DNA of 62,228 bases, filler included. It is 3 parts of 3 records of this genome, joined end to end, with 100 filler letters (N's around TTAATTAATTAA, not from the genome) between each part and the next. Parts side by side here need not be neighbours in the genome. Positions count along the whole stretch, not along the records: positions 30,717 to 56,641 come from SRR31156797_1182; 2 more parts are not named here. The stretch is one strand, 5' to 3'. Each line of letters opens with the position of its first letter. Positions within the stretch are counted from its first letter, which is position 1. Of this stretch, positions 46,570 to 56,463 are shown piece after piece. The position numbers and the translations under genes are program-made. The notes under the pieces are model-generated. The model ran no database searches, was not told the origin of the DNA, and saw only the letters and a list, made by a program, of their open reading frames with translations.

Positions 46570-47763
46570 TTACTCGAAAACCCGCTGCCTGTTTTGTTCC
46601 AGAATCTTTTTCAGTAATTCACCCGGATTCTCAAATTTATTGGCCAGCATCATGGCTGCAATGATGTAGGGTTTGTATCCGGCTTCAATGTATGTTGGGA
46701 TGCGGTATTTCTCAAAAACCTTTGCCTCAACTTCTCCATTTTCGCAGGACACTCCCGAAATATCCGCCGGCAGGCAATGCATATAAAGCGCATCCTGGTT
46801 TTTTGTGAGTTTCATTTTGGCCTCGTCGTATTCCCAGTTTTTGAATTTGGCATTGTTGTTTAAACAAACGTTTTCCAGTTCGTTAAGGCCTTTTAAATCT
46901 TTGTTTTTGAGCAGTGCCGTCCTTTGCTCCATAATGTGAAATGGAGCCCAGCTTTTGGGATAAACTATATCTGCATCTTTCATGGATTCCTCCATTGAGT
47001 TGGAAACCGCAAATGAACCGTCGCTTTCAACAGCATTTTTTGCAGCAATATCCACAATCTCCGGAATGAGATCGTAACCTTCGGGGTAGGCCAGTTCCAC
47101 CTGCATGCCAAAGCGTGTCATCAGCGAAATAACACCCTGCGGCACCGACAGCGGTTTACCATAGCTTGGGGAATAAGCCCAGCTCATTACAATTTTTTTC
47201 CCCTTAAGCGCATCCAGCGATCCAAAATGGTTTTTCAGGTGCAACAGGTCGGCCATCGACTGGGTGGGGTGGTCCATGTCGCACTGCAGGTTTACAATCC
47301 CCGGCCTTGAGGGAAGCACGCCATTTTTGTATCCATCATCCAGGGCTTCACCCACTTCGCGCATGTATTTGTTGCCCTCCCCGAGGTACATGTCGTCACG
47401 GATACCGATGAAATCCGAAAGGAAGGAGATCATGTTTGCGGTTTCCCGAACAGTTTCACCATGCGCAATTTGTGACTTGGTTTCGTCCATGTCCTGCACC
47501 GCCAGCCCCAGCAGGTTTGCAGCCGACGCATACGAAAACCGTGTGCGTGTGGAATTATCCCTGAAAATGGACACAGCCAGTCCTGAATCAAAAACGCGTG
47601 GTGAGATGTTTTGACCACGCATTCCTTTTAAAATATCAGCAATAAGCAGGATAGCTTCCAGATCGACACTGCTCTTTTCCCAGGTAAGTAAAAAATCTTT
47701 TTTGTGAAGATGAGTTTTAAGTACAGATAGCTCAGCTAAAAGTTGGTTGATATTTTTGTTCAT
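46570..47763 (-). CDS. ygeW: Knotted carbamoyltransferase YgeW
   Basis: FRDNSTRTRFS, HGETVRET, NLQCDMDHPTQ, WAYSPSYGKPLSVPQG, YMHCLPADI. Confidence 0.93.
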   Translation of the reverse strand: MNKNINQLLAELSVLKTHLHKKDFLLTWEKSSVDLEAILLIADILKGMRGQNISPRVFDSGLAVSIFRDNSTRTRFSYASAANLLGLAVQDMDETKSQIAHGETVRETANMISFLSDFIGIRDDMYLGEGNKYMREVGEALDDGYKNGVLPSRPGIVNLQCDMDHPTQSMADLLHLKNHFGSLDALKGKKIVMSWAYSPSYGKPLSVPQGVISLMTRFGMQVELAYPEGYDLIPEIVDIAAKNAVESDGSFAVSNSMEESMKDADIVYPKSWAPFHIMEQRTALLKNKDLKGLNELENVCLNNNAKFKNWEYDEAKMKLTKNQDALYMHCLPADISGVSCENGEVEAKVFEKYRIPTYIEAGYKPYIIAAMMLANKFENPGELLKKILEQNRQRVFE

Positions 47764-47970
47764 ATTTTCTCTTTAATGCTCATAAACAAAGATACAGCTT
47801 TTGTTCAACGTAGAGTGTTTTAAACATTTTACAGCCTATTTAATTGATTTCAATTGCTAAATACGAAAGTCACTTCCATGATACATTAGTTCAAGGAGCG
47901 ATTCTTTGTTTGCTGTTTTTTCTGCTGAAGAATCATTATTAACTTTGCGATAGAAAAATAAAATGATTTG

Positions 47971-49056
47971 ATGTTAGCCCTTTCATTTTTGGAGATTATT
48001 ACCATCATTACAGCATTCCAGTTGCTGATGCTGGGTGTAGTGCTGCTTACAAAAAGAAACAGGATCAGTAACCTGGTGCTGTCTTTTTACATGTTTGCCA
48101 ATGCATTGCTGTTAATCTGGTTTGTCATCCGGTTAATTGATCTGGTCACACTGCCATCGTTTTCTTTGTTCTATTACCTCCTCGGCCCACTGATCTATCT
48201 TTATGTAAAATCGGTGACGGAAAAGGAGTTCAAACTCTCTGGAAAGTTATTGATCCACGGATTTGTTTTTTTTGGATTGGTGTCTTACTGGATTACAAAG
48301 AAATTAATTTTGATGCATTCCATATCTTCTACCTGGGATCATTGGGAATACATCCTTACGCAGATAGCCCTGCATTTGCAGATCGCAGTCTACATTGTTG
48401 CATCGTTTATTAAAATAAAAAGCTACCGCAAAGCCATTAAAGAACATTTTTCATCTGTGGTCACAATTAATCTATCCTGGCTTCTTTTGATCATCGTGGC
48501 TTTCGCTTTAATGTGGCTCACCGATTTTTATGCTTTTATGCTCAGTGTTACCGATCATCAATCACCGGGAGTCATAAGCAGGCTGATGGTTGTGTCTATC
48601 CTGATCAATTTTATTTTTGCCAATCTTGTCGTTTACAAAGGGTTGCAGCACGCTGAATCTTTCAGTGGAATTAACGTGCCTCAAAAATATTCCGGATCGA
48701 AGATGCGTGAAGATGAAATGGAAAATATTGCAGAGAAGCTGATAGATGTGATACAAAAAAGTAAACCATATCTCAATCCGGACCTTACCATAAAAGACCT
48801 CTCAGAGCAATTACAAATTCACCAGAAATATCTATCGCAGGTAATCAATGCGCAATTCGGTCAAAACTTTTACGATTTCGTAAATCAATACCGGGTGAAG
48901 GAAGCCAAGGAAATCATTACCAACAACACCGACAGCAAAAAAACCATTCTTGAAATATTATATGAAGTAGGATTTAACTCAAAATCAGCCTTCAACAATG
49001 CCTTCAAAAAGAATACAGGCAAAACACCTTCCGAATTCAAACGCCTCACTTCCTGA
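47971..49056 (+). CDS. Membrane-anchored AraC family regulator
   Basis: About 7 TM helices then KYSGS, YLNPDLT, NFYDFVNQYRV, VGFNSKSAFN; TAACTTTG promoter at 47940. Confidence 0.88.
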   Translation: MLALSFLEIITIITAFQLLMLGVVLLTKRNRISNLVLSFYMFANALLLIWFVIRLIDLVTLPSFSLFYYLLGPLIYLYVKSVTEKEFKLSGKLLIHGFVFFGLVSYWITKKLILMHSISSTWDHWEYILTQIALHLQIAVYIVASFIKIKSYRKAIKEHFSSVVTINLSWLLLIIVAFALMWLTDFYAFMLSVTDHQSPGVISRLMVVSILINFIFANLVVYKGLQHAESFSGINVPQKYSGSKMREDEMENIAEKLIDVIQKSKPYLNPDLTIKDLSEQLQIHQKYLSQVINAQFGQNFYDFVNQYRVKEAKEIITNNTDSKKTILEILYEVGFNSKSAFNNAFKKNTGKTPSEFKRLTS

Positions 49057-49279
49057 AATCACCTGTATTTTTCAGGGGTAAAATGGGTACTCATTCCTGA
49101 ATCAGGTCGATTTTTTAAATTCCAATACTGAATTTTGTCGACAGACTTAAATTTAAAAGGCTGATTGAAAAATCATTGGAAGAAAATCCAGTTGAAGAAA
49201 AATTCAATATAGCATTCTTAGCCTGATTAATTCAATAATTTTTTAGGGTAAGCTATTTTTCAAATTAAAAATAAAAATC

Positions 49280-50536
49280 ATGAAAAAATTTTTGACTTTG
49301 ACCATGGTAAGCATGGTCGTCTTATCGCTTTATTCGCAGCAGCAGGGCTGGTTCACCCAAAATTCAGGCACAGGTCAACCACTTTCCGATGTTTGCTTTG
49401 TAGATCATAATACCGGATGGATTGCAGGACATCAGAACACCATTCTCAAGACAACCGATGGTGGACAAAACTGGGTTGAACAGACTCCTGCATCGGTTCC
49501 TTTTTTCTACAAGGTATTCTTCCTGAATGACCAGGAAGGATGGGTATTGGGCGAATATGAAACCATTGCCCACACAACCGACGGTGGTGACACCTGGGAA
49601 TTACAAACAACCCCCGGTAACGGGGCCAGCGACATCTTTTTCATCGATTCCAACCTCGGCTGGATTGCCGGAGGACGAGGTCAGGGCTTTCCAGGGCCTA
49701 ATCCGATCAGGGAAATACAACACACAGAAGATGGTGGAAATACATGGACAATTCAACACCAGGTGGATTTAGAATTTCCCCTGGGTGCAATCCATTTTGC
49801 CGACGCCCAAACAGGATGTGCTGTTGGAAGTGGCGGTGACATCTTATTTACCCAGGACGGTGGTGAAAACTGGGCCCAACAAACATCATCAATTAACTCT
49901 CAACTGGAAGGGGTGTTTATGACAAGCCCGGATGAAGGCTGGATTGTAGGGGTCAACGGCGTGATCCTGCATACCACTGATGCCGGAACAAGCTGGATGA
50001 TGGTGAATTCGGGAACCCCGAACGCATTAACGGATATCGTTTTTGTGAATAATAAAGGCTGGATTTGTGGTGGCTCAAACACAGACGCTACAATTCTTTA
50101 CTATAACGGGAATTCGGGTTCATGGGAGATGCAGGATCCGGGAACTACGGATATACTATCCGCAATTTCTTTTGTTGATGAATTGTATGGATGGTCTGTC
50201 GGTTTTTTTGGCACCCTCGTCCATACCATCACCGGTGGTAGTAACCAAACAGGTATACCGGTAACCAGCAAGCAGGAAGGAAATTCGAAATTTTCAATCC
50301 GCCCGAATCCGGTTCGGTCACAATCAAAGATCACCCTGGTTCTGAAAAAAGAAAGCTTGGTAACCCTGACACTGTATCACAGCAGCGGCGAATGTATTTC
50401 AATATTGTTGAATGACCGGCAGCACAGCGGAAGTTATACCTATCCATTCGATGCAAGAAATTTGACTCCCGGAATATACTACCTGATTTTAAATGTTAAC
50501 AATCGACTGGAAACCAGAAAGATCATTAAGTTGTAA
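49280..50536 (+). CDS. YCF48/BNR-repeat beta-propeller protein with T9SS type A sorting domain
   Basis: Signal peptide, repeated TxDGGxxW Asp-box motifs, C-terminal RPNP...LTPGIYYLIL..TRKIIKL. Confidence 0.85.
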   Translation: MKKFLTLTMVSMVVLSLYSQQQGWFTQNSGTGQPLSDVCFVDHNTGWIAGHQNTILKTTDGGQNWVEQTPASVPFFYKVFFLNDQEGWVLGEYETIAHTTDGGDTWELQTTPGNGASDIFFIDSNLGWIAGGRGQGFPGPNPIREIQHTEDGGNTWTIQHQVDLEFPLGAIHFADAQTGCAVGSGGDILFTQDGGENWAQQTSSINSQLEGVFMTSPDEGWIVGVNGVILHTTDAGTSWMMVNSGTPNALTDIVFVNNKGWICGGSNTDATILYYNGNSGSWEMQDPGTTDILSAISFVDELYGWSVGFFGTLVHTITGGSNQTGIPVTSKQEGNSKFSIRPNPVRSQSKITLVLKKESLVTLTLYHSSGECISILLNDRQHSGSYTYPFDARNLTPGIYYLILNVNNRLETRKIIKL

Positions 50537-50845
50537 ATATTTATAATGAAACCGGGCCTGGACCTTTTGTCGTTGGCGGGTTCATTCTTCATTTTTTATC
50601 ATTCAGCGGTTTCAAGTGGATTGTGAAATCCGTTTTCTCTTAATCATGAAATTAGTTTTTGTCCCCGTTCCATAAAGAAAAGTTAGTTAGTCTTTAGGGA
50701 CAGAGCTACAATTATCACGATATAATTCACGGTTAAGTTAATCCTGACAAATATTTGGATTTCAATAAATTCGTCTGGCCAAAGGGTGGCAAATGGAGTT
50801 TTTACACAAAGACGTATATTAAAACCATATGCGCCCGGCGGTATT

Positions 50846-51232
50846 TTATTTCCTGGTTTTCTCAATCATATGATTTATGACCTCAGTATGCTCATGCTGG
50901 GGACTGAACATGATGATTTCCGCATCAGCATTAACCTTAACATTGTGCCCGGCGGGCCAGTAAAACATATCATTGGCGCTAACTGTTTCCCGGGTACCAT
51001 CAGCATCAGTGGTTGTGAGTTCACCTTGAAGTACATAACCCCAATGAGGACTTTGACACAGGTTGCCTTGCAGCCCCATGAAGAGGGGAGTGGTGTCCAC
51101 ACCGGCAGAAAGGCTGAAATATTCACCACTGATTTTACCAAACCCGGATGCATCACCAAATTCTGTTTGTTGACGGATAACAGCCCCGGGTATTTCCATT
51201 TTCACTTGTATATTCTTTTTTGCAATTTTCAT
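50846..51232 (-). CDS. Cupin domain protein
   Basis: CQSPHWGYVLQG and FYWPAGH cupin-like motifs; start MKIAKK. Confidence 0.75.
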   Translation of the reverse strand: MKIAKKNIQVKMEIPGAVIRQQTEFGDASGFGKISGEYFSLSAGVDTTPLFMGLQGNLCQSPHWGYVLQGELTTTDADGTRETVSANDMFYWPAGHNVKVNADAEIIMFSPQHEHTEVINHMIEKTRK

Positions 51233-51252
51233 CTTATCCCCCTTTTGGTTTA

Positions 51253-51702
51253 TTATTTTGAAATAATTGATTCTTTTATCGACCACAGAATAGCAAGCAC
51301 ATCTTTTTGTGACTCCTCGTCAATATCATGTTTTTTCAGAACAATCATTATATCGTCAATAACATGCATGTATTCTAGTGCGCTGATATTCATGCCCTGA
51401 TGGGTGACCGGCATACTTCTTCCTGTGTATTCAACCGGCCCCCCACTACCTGCACTAAAAAAATCGATGGTATGTTGCCGGATTTTCGCAAACCGCTCCG
51501 GTTGATCCTCATAGGGTTTGAACCGGGCATTGATTGCTGGGTTGTTCATGTGGGCTTCAATTACATCATCAACAATGGCAGTGATGCCGGTCGTTCCGCC
51601 CAATCTGTCAAAAAGTGTGGTGGTTTCCTCTGATGGGCTTTGTGCACTTATCATACCCACAATGGATATAAGGGCAAACAGGAGTGTGAATTGTTTTTTC
51701 AT
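51253..51702 (-). CDS. Group I truncated hemoglobin with N-terminal signal peptide
   Basis: LFDRLGG, ARF (CD1), GGPVEYTGRSM, proximal His in VTHQGMNI; MKKQFTLLFALISIVGMISA signal. Confidence 0.88.
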   Translation of the reverse strand: MKKQFTLLFALISIVGMISAQSPSEETTTLFDRLGGTTGITAIVDDVIEAHMNNPAINARFKPYEDQPERFAKIRQHTIDFFSAGSGGPVEYTGRSMPVTHQGMNISALEYMHVIDDIMIVLKKHDIDEESQKDVLAILWSIKESIISK

Positions 51703-51728
51703 ATGTTTAAGTTTAAAAGGTAAAAATG

Positions 51729-51793
51729 CAAATCTATACCAACCCCGAATCAATGGATGACACAATTGGTTCTAATGCAGGCACATTTGGTTC
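51729..51793 (-). promoter_or_regulatory. Promoter plus AraC-type direct-repeat operator for globin-cupin
   Basis: -7 element TAGATTTG (51736-29); CACAATTGGTTC (51761) and CACATTTGGTTC (51782), 21 bp apart. Confidence 0.65.
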
Positions 51794-51835
51794 AGAGAAG
51801 AATTTTATAAAAAATGAATCGACTACCGATTAAAT

Positions 51836-52930
51836 CTACACCAGTTCGGAAGGCAGAATCCCGTATTTATTACGGAAGCATTTTGCGTAATAGGAAGGAC
51901 TGTTAAACCCTGAATCAAAAGCTACTTCTGACACATTACCTGCTTTCTTTTGTAGCAATTGAAGTGATTTTCTGAGTCTGAAATGAAGTAAAAAAACGTT
52001 TGGTGACCTGCCGGTTAAGCGGATCATTTCCCTGTATAACTTTGATTTGCTGACCCCCATATGTTTTTCGAAATCCTCGACTTTTACCTCAGGGTTTTGC
52101 CACTCTTTTTCAGTGATTTCCATTAATCCGGACAGGAATTTTTCCTCCGTTGCGGTTAGCTCGTATACCAGGTTTTCGTTTAATGATTTTCCCAAATTTT
52201 CGCTCTCATACAAATGTTTTACTTCAGTTGAAATAACAATCTCAGCAGCAGAGATAAAACACATTTGTCGAGCGAGTTTAATTGTATCTTCAAATATTGA
52301 ATCTTTATCAGTTACCGGTATTCCGGCATGCAACCCGATGGATAATTCGGTGTAACTGGCTTGATGCCTGGTTTTGAACTCCCTGTATTTGTCATGAATC
52401 TTATAAGCACATAAAACGGCTTCGGAAACTGTTCGGAACGAAATTAAAAGCCCGTCTTCGTTTTGCTGAACTGTGTTTCCGTTAAACGTTTCAGGAATAA
52501 CAGCCAGCTGCTTAAAAATTTGTTGAACAAATGAAATAACTGCGAAAGGGTTTGGGTTTTTAAGTGAATGATTCTCAATACCAACCATCATAATGGTGCG
52601 AAAGGCTGGTTCGTTAATGATATTCAGGTTGGTATTCTGTGCCTTTTGCGGATCTTCTATCCTACCTAAAAAAGATTCAACGATGTTTTTGTCAACTTCT
52701 ATGATTTGGTGAGGTACGTTGCCATGCGCATTGGTATGCATTTGCAGAATGGCATCTCTGTTGGGTGCTTCAATTAAACAAAAAGCAGTTTTCCGGGTGT
52801 CATCAAACCAGTACGTTAATCCACGACACGCATATTTTTGTTGGATTTTTAAATCTTCCTGATGTATCTGTGCAACCATCTCTGCAGTCACAGCCTCAGA
52901 AACATGGTGTCGGTCCATAAAAATTGGCAT
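51836..52930 (-). CDS. DUF4242 (SCO4226-like) + degenerate nucleotide cyclase + AraC HTH regulator
   Basis: MPIFMDRH..H.EDL..YWFD..AFCLIEAP..MH..AHG; cyclase-like IGLHAG; C-terminal VSEVAFDSGFNSPSYYAKCF. Confidence 0.85.
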   Translation of the reverse strand: MPIFMDRHHVSEAVTAEMVAQIHQEDLKIQQKYACRGLTYWFDDTRKTAFCLIEAPNRDAILQMHTNAHGNVPHQIIEVDKNIVESFLGRIEDPQKAQNTNLNIINEPAFRTIMMVGIENHSLKNPNPFAVISFVQQIFKQLAVIPETFNGNTVQQNEDGLLISFRTVSEAVLCAYKIHDKYREFKTRHQASYTELSIGLHAGIPVTDKDSIFEDTIKLARQMCFISAAEIVISTEVKHLYESENLGKSLNENLVYELTATEEKFLSGLMEITEKEWQNPEVKVEDFEKHMGVSKSKLYREMIRLTGRSPNVFLLHFRLRKSLQLLQKKAGNVSEVAFDSGFNSPSYYAKCFRNKYGILPSELV

Positions 52931-53171
52931 GGCATTTTTATTAAGGAGTAAATTGTATCCAAGGTGAAATGGTGAAACAAAATAAACACCAACGCTTGTT
53001 GTTTGTTTACAGGTCCTGCCAGATCACCTTTAACCGCTATGGATTGCGCCTCTCAGTACCGGAGTCTTTTTAACAGGCTGAATATTTTTCCGGGTTGATG
53101 CATAAACGGAACGATGCACCAAATTGGATCAGCTATTGCTGATGAGCAGGTAAACAAAATTTACAAGTTGC

Positions 53172-55382
53172 TCAATCATTACTTATTTCGAAAAGGGGCT
53201 TATATTTTGTGAAAACCTCTCCGACTATCTCCAATGTATTGCCTTGTGGCTCGCTGGCAAATGTTGTTTGTTGATCTGTCCAGTTCCATTCAAATGCAGC
53301 CATTTCTTCATTGATCGCATGCATGTCGAGCGGTTGATTTATTTGGAGACTGATTTGAAGTATGTCGAAAAACCTTTTCCACCTGGCTTTGTAGTATGAT
53401 GAGATCAGACCTGAAAGGTTGCGGCTGGCATAATCAATAATTTTATTGCCTTCGTTGCCCCATGTGGTTATTAACACCCGGGCATTTTTCTCATAATATG
53501 CCTTGCCGGCGGAGTCACTTCCAAAGGCCCGTGCGTCGTTTGTCCATTTTCCCAGCAGGAACTCAGGTTGCAATGCCAGTAACCGATCCTGATCATCGAG
53601 GATTCCGAGGAAAATCCCAATTTGCTTTTGGAGTTCAGCAGCATCTTTATTTACATAGGCTTCATTGATTTTTTTCCTTACCGGGATGATCAGGTTGTCC
53701 AAAACCTGTTTTGTTACTACAACAAGGTCTTTCTGATATTCGATGCTTTGCAGGCTTTTGTTGCCGGCACTCAACATCATCTCCAAAATCATGGTCAATT
53801 CCTTGTAGTCATATTTATTGGGCCGTTGATATCCTTGCACGCCTGTTAAAAATGGGCGGGCCTGTAAAAGGCTTCCTGTTGCCACACCCGATACCTGGTC
53901 GTTATAAACCAGATCAATCAACCTGCGATAAGCCTCCTCTGCCACCGGATCATCGGTTTTAGTTCTGGATTTCGCATATTGGGTTATCCATGCATCAACA
54001 TCTGCAACACTTTTATCCCAGGCATAATCAAACAGCCATTCAAACATAAACCGGTTAACATTAAACCCCTCCAGGGTAGAGCCAACCCCAAATAATTTCC
54101 CACGATCAGGATCACTTTCAGCCTCTGAAATGCGTTTAGCCACTTTTTTGATGGGAGCAGCCATTTCGGTATTGCCTCCGAAATTTCCCAGGTAACACCA
54201 GATATAAGGGGTTCCATACCATGCATTTGTATTTCTCCACACTTCCTCCTTTTCAGCAAAATAATCCAGAATGATCATCCTGTTTTCGGGAACAGCTTTG
54301 ATCATGGCTTCCAGTCGCGCCGGATCTTCTTTCCAAAGTTTCATATAATAAAATGTCCATCCCATTTGCACCCATTTGGCATCAGGATCCACACTGCTCA
54401 TTCCATCGTAAATGGTCTTTGAAACCAAAGCCAGGTATTCGGGTGTTGTTTCAGGAGGGTCCATTTCGTTAAAGGGGTCGGCACCATAATAATGATCCGT
54501 CCCAAAATGTTTGGTTTGAAGGGTTAAAAATTTTTGTTGAATTTTTACAAACAATGAATCCATAGGATCGAGAAAATAAGCCTGGTATTGGTCTCCCACA
54601 CCATATGATCCCAATGAAGTGATTTTCGCATTTGGATATTTATCCTTAATAGCCTTTGGTATATGCCCTGCAAAAGCGGGGAGTACAGGTGTCATGCCGA
54701 ACGAGCGCTCCCGTTCCAGGATTTTCTGCTGCAACTCAAATTGGTGGTTGATATAATTTTGTGGTAACGGGCCTAAAAATCCATCCAGGTTACCCATACG
54801 ATGCCAGGGTAAATGAGCCGGCCCGGTGAAATATGCCCGGATATCATCGCCGGTCATGCCAAATTCTTTCCACACCTCCGTCCAAATCGCCTCCTGGCCG
54901 GTAATGGCCAGAGGCATATTTATACCGTTTAAAGCCATCCAGTCGATAAACCGTTCCCATTCATCCCATTGCCACCACAGCATGGTGTATCCAAACGTAC
55001 AATAGTTTAAAAAGAAACGCTTCTCGAAACGGCAGGTCTGTGTTATTACTGTATCAATCATGGGTAATGATTCCGGTGCGATCACAGGGTCATCCATGTA
55101 CCACGAAACATAGGTGTTGCAATAATTATTCAAATACCAACCCAATCCTTTTGCAATGGCCAGGTCGCTGGTGCCTTTTATAATGATTTTTTCCTGATCA
55201 CCTGAAAGTTCAAAAGTTTCTTTATCGGCATCGGCTTCAATACTTTCGATGATAAATTGAGATGATTTTCCAGCAAGAATTCGCTCGATAAGCTCATAAA
55301 TGTTTTGGTGTTCAACCTTTTTGGGTTTACAGGCGCTCAATCCAACCATAAAAATCAATAATCCAATGAGGTAATATTTCAT
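53172..55382 (-). CDS. Alpha-N-acetylglucosaminidase (GH89) lipoprotein
   Basis: Lipobox LSAC; NYCTFGYTM.WW.W.EWERFIDWMALNGINMPLA, DPFNEM, NFGGN, DYASR. Confidence 0.92.
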   Translation of the reverse strand: MKYYLIGLLIFMVGLSACKPKKVEHQNIYELIERILAGKSSQFIIESIEADADKETFELSGDQEKIIIKGTSDLAIAKGLGWYLNNYCNTYVSWYMDDPVIAPESLPMIDTVITQTCRFEKRFFLNYCTFGYTMLWWQWDEWERFIDWMALNGINMPLAITGQEAIWTEVWKEFGMTGDDIRAYFTGPAHLPWHRMGNLDGFLGPLPQNYINHQFELQQKILERERSFGMTPVLPAFAGHIPKAIKDKYPNAKITSLGSYGVGDQYQAYFLDPMDSLFVKIQQKFLTLQTKHFGTDHYYGADPFNEMDPPETTPEYLALVSKTIYDGMSSVDPDAKWVQMGWTFYYMKLWKEDPARLEAMIKAVPENRMIILDYFAEKEEVWRNTNAWYGTPYIWCYLGNFGGNTEMAAPIKKVAKRISEAESDPDRGKLFGVGSTLEGFNVNRFMFEWLFDYAWDKSVADVDAWITQYAKSRTKTDDPVAEEAYRRLIDLVYNDQVSGVATGSLLQARPFLTGVQGYQRPNKYDYKELTMILEMMLSAGNKSLQSIEYQKDLVVVTKQVLDNLIIPVRKKINEAYVNKDAAELQKQIGIFLGILDDQDRLLALQPEFLLGKWTNDARAFGSDSAGKAYYEKNARVLITTWGNEGNKIIDYASRNLSGLISSYYKARWKRFFDILQISLQINQPLDMHAINEEMAAFEWNWTDQQTTFASEPQGNTLEIVGEVFTKYKPLFEISND

Positions 55383-55698
55383 GATTTTAAAATTTTGTGG
55401 TAATACAATCTTTATGCTTCTCAAAATTATCAAACTTGGATGATATTTCATGTAGTAATTCTCAGGCCCTAATATCTTAAATGATCTATCACTCACCCAA
55501 CGCCTAGGCAAACCCCGCAAAAAGGCCGAAGCTTTCACCAGGTCGTCAGCAGGGTGAGATGCTTATAGAAAGGTACAACGGGTTGATAAGCATGTGTTTT
55601 TCACAGATAATATTTATTTGAAGAAATGGCCAGTTAAGTTCTGAAAGATTGAATTTATTATTCGGTATTCACTCTGCATCTCAATGATTTTATTTTCC

Positions 55699-56463
55699 TT
55701 AGTATTTTTTCGTGTATCTGCATCGTGGATAATTTGAACAGCCATAGAACTTACCGAATTTCCCGTGCCTTGCTTTAAGTTCTCCGCCGCAATTCGGACA
55801 AAGCGATGATCTTTCATTTTGACTCCGTTCATAAAGGTGATTCCGTACATGACGAATGTGCGCTTTGTTTGCTTTTCTCCCCTGGATACGAACTTCATTC
55901 AGTTTGTCTGCGATGTGATTCACCTGCTCAACAGACAAATTGAGTGTTTCACTTATTGCCTTAATGGTTTTGCGTAGTTGATAACCATAAATGATCGGCA
56001 CATCGGCATAAACATTTTTCAATTTAGCATTTCCTGAAAAAACAATGATGGGATGGTAATTTATCTGTTTAAAATCCGGGAGTACTTTTCTCAGTGCATA
56101 AATATGCCCACGATTTTGTTTTATAGGGTTTCTGAATTTTGTTTTATTTCTGTAAAAGGTCTGGGTCCAGTATTCCGAATTTTCGCGGCCGTGAATCCAG
56201 CCACTGTAGTTTTTTGTTTCGATCACAAAAATGCCATAAACCGAAACCACAACATGGTCAATCTGGCTGCTGCCACGGTCCGTTTCAATTAGAACATCAT
56301 TAAAAACAATGTATCCCTTCCGCTTTAATTTGTTCAATCTTCTAGCTATCCTTGATTCTCCCTTAGCACCCTTGATTTTGGGAGCGTTTCGGCGGTGAAT
56401 AAAGATGGCAATTTTGTAAAGTACAAATATTGCGATCAGGATTATGATTAAAGATGTTTCCAA
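55699..56463 (-). CDS. NERD domain protein with C-terminal topoisomerase-type C4 zinc finger
   Basis: N-terminal TM, GAKGE, QIDHVVVS.YGIFVIETKNY, NPIKQN, CPNCG..GKFYGCSNYPRC. Confidence 0.9.
   Translation of the reverse strand: METSLIIILIAIFVLYKIAIFIHRRNAPKIKGAKGESRIARRLNKLKRKGYIVFNDVLIETDRGSSQIDHVVVSVYGIFVIETKNYSGWIHGRENSEYWTQTFYRNKTKFRNPIKQNRGHIYALRKVLPDFKQINYHPIIVFSGNAKLKNVYADVPIIYGYQLRKTIKAISETLNLSVEQVNHIADKLNEVRIQGRKANKAHIRHVRNHLYERSQNERSSLCPNCGGELKARHGKFGKFYGCSNYPRCRYTKKY

Noticed and set aside
33646-47763. Selenocysteine recoding in the selenium-associated Mo-hydroxylase cluster
   Set aside because: ORFs appear full length with no internal TGA. The TGA of the thrC-like gene is an ordinary ATGA overlap. 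Selenium in this enzyme class is a labile cofactor.
50786-51400. 204-aa plus-strand ORF
   Set aside because: Antisense shadow of the cupin and globin genes, with no recognisable motifs.
55505-55560. Minus-strand CTGACGA...GAAA resembling a hammerhead ribozyme core
   Set aside because: Only 6 nt for stem II, no proper UH cleavage site, and no convincing stem I.
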